Below, piece by piece: positions 10,301-18,100 of a DNA stretch of 32,000 nt. Position numbers and translations under genes: made by a program. The notes under the pieces were generated by a model. It made no database searches, was not told the origin of the DNA, and was given only the letters and a program-made list of their open reading frames with translations. Source of the DNA: an archaeon (lineage in GTDB: Archaea; Asgardarchaeota; Thorarchaeia; Thorarchaeales; Thorarchaeaceae); assembly GCA_024275415.1 (NCBI GenBank), contig JAJRZD010000059.1, forward strand, positions 1 to 32,000. Direction: 5' to 3'. Numbering within the stretch: the first letter of the stretch is position 1; every line of letters starts with the position of its first letter.

Positions 10301-12161
10301 GATAGTTGATTGTCAATGCAGATGTGTGCGTGACCGAAAAGGGTCTTTTGAAAAATCCTGTCGACCTCCAGTCAGTATTTGTCCCTACATCATTGCTGAA
10401 TGCTTGAACCATCCAAGACCCAGCAGAAGCATTGGCTCCATCAAAAGTCAGCCATGGAGTAGTCGCATATCCTGAACCATCAGTTGTTGCGTTCACACTA
10501 TACCATTTTTGGCCTGTAGGGGTGTAAACAGTGAAATTGACCACAGAATTGGCGTAAGCAGCGCCTAGATTGGCACGGATCTGTGTGGAATTCCCAGCCC
10601 TAAGGTCAATTGTCCTGCTCCATACAAGTGCATTCGGATCATAAAGCTCGATGTCACTAATCATGTTTGGTGACTTGCTCAATATCCGCCAGTAACCGTA
10701 ACGACCTGCCTCAGTGGCAACATCATACGTAGACACATTTAGGAACCCATCACCTGGGTTTCCTCCATTCCATCCGGTGGTCAGATTCGTTGATGGGGCC
10801 AAAGGACGAGCTACAAAGTAGACATCCCTGTTGGCCGGGATGGTCATGTTGAAGAAGTATCGATTCGCGTAGCCTTGAGGAATATCTGCATAGAAATATG
10901 TGGAATAAGACGCATCAGTGCCGTTTTGTATCGAAAACCGCTCACCGAATGCTGTAGGATTAATCTCCTTCACAGTTCCAAAATCCAACCGCCGAGCGAA
11001 CATATTGATGTTAACATCAAATTCGACTATGATGGTTCGATTCGGCACCGGATTGATAGGAGTTGGACTCCAAGTGAAATTCATTCTCACAGGATCAGTA
11101 ATCCACGGAGTAGTTGGAGTTTCAACGATGAATCCAGAACCATAGCCCGTGTTATCTGTAACAGGATTCCCGTTCATCTCGAGGTTGAGGCTAGTGGGTG
11201 TGGCACGAGTCTTCAGATACAACTCGATGTTATCAAATTTCGCAGCTGGAAGAATGTTAGGCGCATAGCCATAGGTTCCTTTGCACCAGAGACCCACTTC
11301 AAGTGTGACACTTTGATCAGTAGGCAGGTTGAATGTGGATGTGGGAATAGAAACCAAACCTGAGTCGTACCATGTTTCCTCAGCGCCAATTTCTGTAAAC
11401 GACTTCTCCCAAGTCCAAGTGCTTTCGACTGTTAGATAGATCGAGAATGCTCCGGTCATCCCATAGTGTGTGTCATCTCTCGTATCGGCCCAATAGTCAG
11501 TTCTAAACCCGGCCCAAACAACTTGTCCGCGGGGAGCTGTCATTGTCTGTTGCGCCCAAGCTCGATCACCTCCAGAGTAGTAAAATGGTGAGCTTGCACT
11601 ATTAGAGTCAATGAAGAAATCAAAGCTACCATCTCCCGGGCCATGTCCGCTGGAGTTGTAGAGAGAAGTTTCTGATGAATACGACCCTCCATCTGTCGTT
11701 CCTCGGGTCCAACCAGTATCAGACCCTGTCAGGTCGGGGTTCTGTACCCAAGTCCGGTTCTCGGTAATCTCGGTCAAATCAGCACGGACTTGGTAGGCTT
11801 CCCAGTTGTTGCCAGTGGGGATATCAACTGTGACATTTGTTGTCACATTTGTCGGAAGGTAGGTCATCTGCATTGTGTTTTGGAGGGTCGTTGAGTTGCC
11901 GAATTCAGATGCGATGAGTTCCGTCGAGTCACCTTGCCACTCGACCCATCCCTGTTCAGTCAAGACAAACTTGTGAAGTGTTTCACCGGGAGCCACCTCA
12001 ATTGTTTCTCCATTGCCAATATCGACTAAAGATGAACCACCAGCACTATCATCTGAAACTCCCACTGTTCCAAGGTCAGGACCAAGAGCAGGACCCGCGA
12101 AGGTAGATAGTAGCATCAATAATCCTACGAGGATAACTGGAATCAGGCTTGTCTTCTTCAT
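4398..12161 (-). CDS. Giant (2587 aa) single-pass cell-surface glycoprotein A with cytoplasmic tail
   Basis: Signal-like N-terminus MKKTSLIPVILVGLLMLLSTFA; Thr/Tyr/Ile-rich beta repeats with recurring G.G.Y; about 60 N-x-S/T sequons by manual count; TM YGIGSLLIIGAVLMYYY (~4963-5016); charged ~187-aa tail. Confidence 0.9.
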   Translation of the reverse strand: MKKTSLIPVILVGLLMLLSTFAGPALGPDLGTVGVSDDSAGGSSLVDIGNGETIEVAPGETLHKFVLTEQGWVEWQGDSTELIASEFGNSTTLQNTMQMTYLPTNVTTNVTVDIPTGNNWEAYQVRADLTEITENRTWVQNPDLTGSDTGWTRGTTDGGSYSSETSLYNSSGHGPGDGSFDFFIDSNSASSPFYYSGGDRAWAQQTMTAPRGQVVWAGFRTDYWADTRDDTHYGMTGAFSIYLTVESTWTWEKSFTEIGAEETWYDSGLVSIPTSTFNLPTDQSVTLEVGLWCKGTYGYAPNILPAAKFDNIELYLKTRATPTSLNLEMNGNPVTDNTGYGSGFIVETPTTPWITDPVRMNFTWSPTPINPVPNRTIIVEFDVNINMFARRLDFGTVKEINPTAFGERFSIQNGTDASYSTYFYADIPQGYANRYFFNMTIPANRDVYFVARPLAPSTNLTTGWNGGNPGDGFLNVSTYDVATEAGRYGYWRILSKSPNMISDIELYDPNALVWSRTIDLRAGNSTQIRANLGAAYANSVVNFTVYTPTGQKWYSVNATTDGSGYATTPWLTFDGANASAGSWMVQAFSNDVGTNTDWRSTGFFKRPFSVTHTSALTINYPDDAVGTWKTNVTYGDLLLIIITANDTDSQVVVPGGTLSMNWVLGSDTFDDSGNGQYTKVLDTSLLPGKGQYTIDLTWTANNFDTANAVLTVNVNYNAELTSPDYPGIQGPIGNDQTFIVEFKNVNGTGILGASIQTNWTNSYTVTEIGSGQYQIVLTTSGIVFGSYPVLISASASFVEPRSMLMFVEIREVYNTVSYSANQLSIPVGESASFTITWYDTDNDQPITGMASAITSNWTSFHTTGEQNYTVVETSPGVYNVTIFTEIDDPLTTPSNLYNVVFNVTRKDYQNHTFSIGVEIRRHNTQFVLDSPIEQTPIGQDIVVLVFYQDTDLLQGITNGSGFVDFDITSPDVTSLAFISSVSALGDGHYNITISSSQWSSIGWKNLTITASWTGGQTYYSQVLDTRVRLLGTETDLYLEIAPTATNYLDNFTFTLVYYDVVNATRISNSTNNVLISVIPITTGHSVTQADFVIAEIDTSGTYSFELNASLFGAARTFKFQIDFLWRKAINPLYENQTITVTLVVLGIPTYVDYTPIGSTPYGELADFSFSYVNSLTSEKISNSSNLYISIVGGGVPFTLLYDSVTMVFTMRIDTSALGVGTSSLTLNITWIGEPFYEEAFQDFSVTVTYRSTQLTHLSFAAPQWGQNVTIEFVYTDLVSGTSSGMTGILSFNLSLAAYTITSLGGGHYLAEINTTYFASAGLFYINATIIYDGSNFASDAIEIFELTIIERITQLGYETPDPTPYLNNVSFIVTYLDDSTSTPISGGSVVVYCSNSSSSLLINTNYWVSDLGTGEYLIEIDSTALGSVGVFVLQVNISRSGSPFYALASANVNSRVTQRTTQILITQTPGEVPFLELVVFKFRYTDFLTGISISITKAEITLTHGAGMTVIVSTDYTLTESGGIYTISFNSTILNPSALVTGHPIQMTIDASAGVPYYAPRSISTSVTTTERPTQILFPLVADTPYYENITINFEYIDFLTDSGIQGAIVTVSFLNMTSPTHYITDLGSGLYEIIVPTAQFGNTGTIYFNVSVSISGSPFYSARSASQIPAKIILIPTILIAEVPSVASQPVGQPILVNLTFTTTQDGSPISGAAITTDWVTLYSTDAIIQDLGSGAYRITINTTGLLAQEYVFTIQAELAFYVIANITVSVTPGDASAEIILASTTVYADWGDQLTIKIDVKDPLYGTYIPGMNATLYWNGSIYVFSDLLNWTYVTVVDTTDNDFGVSQPQITITKEFYQPKQTTMTFIISKAIGYVIPEQTFINIITNTTRQIWVYLNDTNRNQPITDAVITAEWNNTIYSMVTNGTPGYYVSNIDTVGFAIGQYELQVSAFHNNYDFLDLVVVVIVDPIPISLNLPNLATSIFSYYGEDLDLLLTLTDNLGGGLIRGANVTYALANITGSLTELPNGSYVATIDTSSLPAQSIYLKITFSKEYYETKIVRFLVNIQPIPTTVEVDLSSKAGYFGDTVVYVFSLNDSLHDVPLSGADVRASWDGGSGEVTDYGNGTYSVAVNLNVTTPKRYDVEVRFILQNYDTAYLKVRLDLNAFPVVVQGPRYISIPVNDSLVFYYNLNNTIVSEFVSDASGIANWVGLEQVVLDIAENGSYILEIPGDLDIGEYTIDLSFIKPLYQISPYQIIVTVRQVDTDLVLISHDSSLIQTLPGQTIELTISYLDIDHGRTIPDATITYTVTADNPDAVIYYPSFIRTIDEYGGTYVLYFVVEQGGIYDLTIQFSRGDYAAAAIDLQIDSNPTPEQVLVQNATYGIGSLLIIGAVLMYYYVRVWSIPVQIRALNRMIKELKKGKVPRPARAPTRQMTLLSIIQDELKPIGLVKEPDDVVGETIQAHVPEVNELLDRLAEITGLGAVEIEAFRADLAKMKASERPGFIREVIAQEEARRADTLAREREPEKPVETAALESRPEEVEEIRQKLLAKGLAPAEIEVILEEAKTLSKADLEALLNSLGIKME
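5065..10325 (-). repeat. About 17 degenerate ~100-aa beta-sandwich (Ig-like) protein repeats in protein A
   Basis: Approximate consensus T.L...(Y/W)G....V.Y.D....I.GA.....G.G.Y.I.I.T..L..G.Y...I; 17 instances of the G.G.Y.I.I.T strand counted. Boundaries approximate; not a DNA-level repeat. Confidence 0.65.
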
Positions 12162-15100
12162 TCTTTCATTCCTCCGAGTTGGTCGAGAAGTGCTTGTATC
12201 TCGGCCTTTGACAGGTGTCGAGCTTGTTCCATCATCAATTCAGCTTCGCTTTCCTCGATTCCCATCTTCAGTAGTTGCGCTTTCAGGTCTGCAAGCTCTT
12301 CTTCGCTCAGTCGGGCTTCTGCCTCTTCGGCTGCCCTAGCTGGAGCCTCGGCAGCATCCGCAATCTCCTTGGCACGTCGGGCTCGTTCCTGCCTAATGAC
12401 CTCATTGAGGAAACCACCACGTTCGCTTGGCTTCATCTTATCCAAGTCGCGTCGAAGCACAGCTGTGTCAGCCTCGGTCAACCCAACAAGTGTCGCAAGC
12501 TCTTCTAGTAGCCTCTCAGTATCAAGAGTTTCTACTTCCACGGAATACTCTGAGATGTCTTCGGGTGGTTTTACGATACCTATCGGTTCCAGTTCCTCAT
12601 TGATCCATTCCAGCATCATCTTTCTCCGTGAACGCACAGGCTTGGGAGATGGTATGCGACCCTTGGAGAGGGTCGAAATCATTGAACGGATCCACCTCAA
12701 CATCTTTGGAATTGAGAGTACCCTGAACCAGAGAGCGGCAAAGGCGAATAGTGCAAGAATGCCGATGGATCCCCATCTGAAAGCATTCTGAGCTGCAATC
12801 TGCTCTTCGGTAGCCACGGCATGTATGATGACCTTTGCAACTGAGTCCTCATGGTTGCTCGAAGACAGGGTAACGACGATTTCATAACGTCCAATATCAT
12901 TCAACCTGAAATAGAAGAAGTATGTGCCATTCGTGCCCTGATGCTCTTCATCTACTAACCTCTCAGCGTTCGTTCCTTCTGTACTATTGGTCGCATCATA
13001 GATTGGGATGTTATGGTCAAGATCCCAATAAGTCAAGTTTAGAATCACGAGTCCACCTGCAAATGCTGAAGGAGAGGGACTTTCGAAGAAAACAGTCGTA
13101 CGAATCGGTCGTATGGTAAGAGTCACTTCCATGACACGACGTTCATAATTCTCCTTGGAAAGAACAATTCTCAAAGAGTAATTGCCGATGGGTAAGGTCG
13201 TTTCTCCAGTAATATCAGGGCCAAAGAAGTACGTGCCGTTCCCTGCGTCTGATAGGGCTATAGTTCCAAACTCCCAGAATACGGTATTTATCGCATCTGT
13301 GACCCACTGATCATTGAGAGAGTCATAATAGCTGAATGACTGCGAGTAGTCATCACCCCACGGAATGACTGGATGTTCATTTCCTATGATCTCTGTAGGA
13401 ATTGGATTTACCAACAGCCGCACAATCACATTGGAGAACTTGTATCCATCTTTCTCGAAGCTTACTGTGATCTGATATGGTACTGAGCTCGAAACAAGTA
13501 GAGATGTATCAATTGTCATCGAGTATGTTCCGTTGTCATAGTCAGTCAGATTACCACCAAACGCTGAGAAGAGGAAGGTAGCATCTGCACCAGGTACTCC
13601 TTCATCAAAGCCAACGTCCCAGAAGTTGAACCTAAATGTGGCGTTCTGTCCGTAATACACATCAATCTGAGTATCAGTCAGGATGATGATTTCTGTGGGG
13701 GCATCGTCAATCTCGATGGTGAACTGGATGGATGAAGGAGCGTATCCTTCACGGGAGCTGGTGATTGTCAGAATCCATGTTTTTATTTCCAGACCGAGTG
13801 TGGAGATATTTGCCGAATAGTAGCCGTTGCCAATCTCAGTCAGATTGCCGATGATGTCGCCAAGACTGTAGGTTAACGTGGCACCTGTGATGGGCTGAGA
13901 AAGGTCTGTGTTGTTGAGGTAGACTGTTACCGTGAAGTTGTTATTTGCTACAACCTCAATATATGTCACAACGTTTGCTGCCACCATCTCGGTTTCAATC
14001 ACATTGACTTCCAGTGTGACTTGCGTATTGATATCACGGTAGTTTGTAGAACTAGCTTGGATGAGTATTTTATGACTGCCAACGATGACATCATTGATTG
14101 TGAACTGACCGACATAGCGATTCTCGGTTGATGACCAAATCAAAGAACCTGAACCACCAATCCATGAGAAGGTCACCACTCCGTTCGGGATATCAGTCCC
14201 GTTTGATTGGATCTCGTAATCCACATAGACTGCGACTGTATCACCATTGACCGTGGAGAACGGGGTCAGGTCAGCTGCAATCTTCGATGCAATCTTCTCA
14301 ATCCGTAATTGACTATCGAACTGCCGCACTTCATGGTTTACTTTCTCGAACTGGATTGTTAGTGAATAGTCCCCAGCATCGTAAATCTTGGAATTGAAGG
14401 TAGTCTGGTAGATCCCGTTTGCGACGTATGTGAACACGTAGGTATCACTCAAGATAGTTACATTTGTGACACCCCCTGCAATTGGGTTACCATTGAGTGC
14501 GTTGGTGATGTTCAACTGAATCGTGATTAAATCACCCCACAAAGGAGTTTCAGGTACTATGCTTACCTCAATGTTTACAGGGATAGCAGCCAGAAGAATC
14601 TCCACATCAATTGATTTGTTCACATGGATAAACTTCGATGCGTTTATCATGAACGGGTATTTCTGAGCATCGAGGCCTGACGTGTTTATGAGCAACTGAT
14701 AGATACCATTACCAAGGGGAGTGATTGTCATTATGGTGCTATAGGTCGTATTCCAGTCAGAAGTCACATTCGCACCATCGATTCCGATTCCAGTGTCGGC
14801 CTCTGTGAATGTCACATTCACCTCGACTATCTCGCCGAGGTAGTTGGTCGAGCCGCCACTTGTCTGAAGCGTGAGGACAGTTGCGACCGGGGTGAGAATG
14901 ACCGAATATGAGATGGCGGTCTTGTTTTGGTAGTATGGCGAACCAAACCATGTGATGTTCGCCCTGAAGAAGTAACGACCCATCTTCACAAATCCGGACG
15001 AGTTTACACGGATCGTGTAAGTCCCATCATTGTTATCGAACCACCAAAATTGGATGCTCGTTTCGTTCAAACATTCTACAGTGATCGATGCACCAACAAT

Positions 15101-18100
15101 ATCGGAACCTGATAGATAGTCGGAATACGTGATGATTGCGGTCATGTTATAGCCATATGATGCAGGAGGAGTGGAAAGAATCCCGCTCTGTGTTAGACGA
15201 CTTGTAATCGATGCCTGCGTCGAAGTAGTAGCATTCGCGTAGTAGGGAGACACATCACCCCAGATGAAGTCCAGCTGAATCAGAAGCGAATCCACAAGAA
15301 CCGATGTAATCAGCTGTGAATCAATCGATATCGAATAGGTCGTACCATCGTAAGATAGAGAGTAGGAGGTATCGGGCAGAGTTGTCCCTGACCCATAGCT
15401 CACGGTCAAGTGACTTTTAGTCAATGCTATGCTGGAACCAGATAGCCCATCAGTTGCCGTGAACTCGAAGGTGACATTCTCCAAGAAAGGTGTGTTAAGG
15501 GGAGACTTGGTCACAACCAGCCTTGCTTCTCGTCGTGATACCTCAATTGCAATATCACGAACGCGTTCAACATAATATGGTGCCCCGGTCCAATTCACAG
15601 TGATTGTGACTAGATATGAACCAAATGTTCCCAGAGCTTGGGTCGAAATCCGGATAACATATTCTCCTGTACCTAGGTCATCAACCCAGTAGTTAGTGTT
15701 CAGTTCGAGGGGTGTCGAGGCATTCGAGCATTCAGCAAAGACGTTGGCAGATACAATGCCAGTCCCGTTGCTGTCATCAATGTAGTTGACAGAGATATTT
15801 GCCAGTGTCAGGTACGGAGCCAAATCGGGCAGCTCGCTTGTGAGCTGGGTTCGCCGCTGAACGACAGAAAGGTAGAACGAATCTGTTGCGTCATTGCAGT
15901 ACCGGATTCCTCCGTACGCTATTGAAACATTGATATGATAATAGCCTAGGACTGCAAAAGCAAAAGTGCTCAGCTCTAGCGAGTATGTGCCATCGCCATT
16001 GTCAGTAACCCAGTAGAACCCACTTAGTGACGCGTCTAACGTAAGTGTACCACCATTCATCCCAGTTGTTGTATAATCGTCGAGGTCGCGATAGGAGAAA
16101 AGAATCGTGACATTGTTCCCATACTGCACAGGAGCATAGGCTCCGTGTGTTAACTCAGTATATCGATATCGCGTTGTGATTGAGATAGATATCCCTGTGC
16201 GGTTCTGATAATAGGGTACTCCACTCCACTCGATAGATACCGTGAACGAATTCTCTCCGGGAACCCAAACAGAGGTGTCTACCTCTATGAAGAATATCCC
16301 AGTTAAATCACCATCATAGTAAATCGTGAAGCCGTAGCCAGGGACTGTGATTGTGAGGTTGGGCGCATTCAGTATGACATTACCGGTCAACACATCTTTG
16401 TACGTCAGTGACAAGTTAACCAGTTCATCATAGGGAGTGAGAGGCAATGGATTCCATTCTACCGTGGTAAGCCGATAGGTGGAATATACAGTCAGCTGGA
16501 GGGATTGGTTAGCATAATACGGAAGGACACCTTTTGTCCAGTTCATCCACACACGGAGGTCACAGCCAATGAGTCCACTCAGATAGGACGTATTGAATTC
16601 AATCCGGTATTCTCCAGGGCTGTTGATGTAGTCGACCTCGGTGATGACCATATTCTGCTGAGTCAAAGCCTGCCCAGCAGTCAGTACCTCAACATAGATT
16701 CTTACGTTCCCCAGATATGCACCAGTGCCATTAACAATCCCTGTGTCGTTTCCAAGATCATAATAGATGATTGTGAAAGTCACATTCTCACCGTAAGGAG
16801 TCATAACAGGACTCTCGCCGATGAAAATGTCAGTTGGAGCCTCGATGATTCTCGCGGTCACATCAAGCGTTTCATTGGTGTACTTGACGGTGGGCCCCGT
16901 CCAATTAGCATAGATATGTAACACTTGAGACCCTATGCTTCCCCATTGTGATGCATCAATATAGATGATGTATTCCCCAGCCTCGGTGCCATTCTGAACA
17001 GTAAAGACAAGCCCAGGCAGAGTGTCACTCACAACATCGATCCGCACGTTATATCCGACAATACTCCCATTCTCAATACCTGTGTCCGCGTCTGTATCGA
17101 AGTAACGTACAGAGATCGAGATATCACCTGTATACGGCGTGGGATCTACGGGGTTAACAAGATAGAACGATGTCAGATGAGTTCGCAGTTCAACTGTCAC
17201 TGTGAAGGTATGATTTTGCACGCCATATTGCTCGACATTGAAAACCACAGTATATACTCCAAGAGTATCAAGGTCAGAGGAGTAGATGTCTACTGTATAG
17301 ACGCCGGGTGTAGCAGATTCTGTCACAGTGTAGTTCATATCACCAGATTTGTGGATAGCAGACCAGTTGCTCGATATCGCGCTTTCAGCACCTGTGATAG
17401 GGGTGTTATGGTCTGTATCAGTATACGTAATGGTGAATGAGGTAGTGTAGCCTACAGGTAATGAGAGTACGCTCGTTGAAGGGATTGCAGAGGTGAAGAG
17501 CTCACGGACTTGCACCGATAGCAAGATGGTGCGTGATTCAAAGAAATCTTTCTCGGCGGTTATTGCTACCACATAGGTTCCAAGGGGAACGGTATTCGTT
17601 TGAAGGCTGATTAGGTATTTCCCTGGCGTCACGCCATCAGGTGTGACTGTATAGGTGTCCAACGTCCAGTTGATACTAATTGTAGCAAGGTCAATCCCCG
17701 TGAGTGTTTGATCCTTGAACTCCACTGTGAGTTCAGCATCGTACCCCTGTGGCACGTCGACGCCGGGTGCCTCAGCAGAAAAGAGGTCAGTGGTGTATAT
17801 AGCATTGATCGTAAAGGTCGCCACTATTGGGTCATAATAGCTCTTTGACCAAGAGAGGCTGACATCATATTGTCCATTTGATGGGAGAGTTGTCGTATCT
17901 AGTGTGACGCTATACTCACCCGTTCCCAAGTCACTCATCGTCCCTGAGCCTCCTGCCCAGTTATAATTCAGAGTGCCTCCACTTAGTAAGTCACCATTGT
18001 CTGAATCATTCACTCGAACCTGAAGAAGCACAAGATCCCCATAAGTCACGTTCGTTGTCCAAGAAACAACTGCATCCACAGGGTATTTCACATTCATCGA

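Noticed and set aside
10258-18055. 17-nt identical DNA stretch CCATAAGTCACGTTCGT at 10258-10274 and 18039-18055 (possible gene conversion between A and B)
   Set aside because: It encodes the conserved TNVTYG motif; a single short match across two 7.8-kb paralogs is compatible with chance plus protein constraint.
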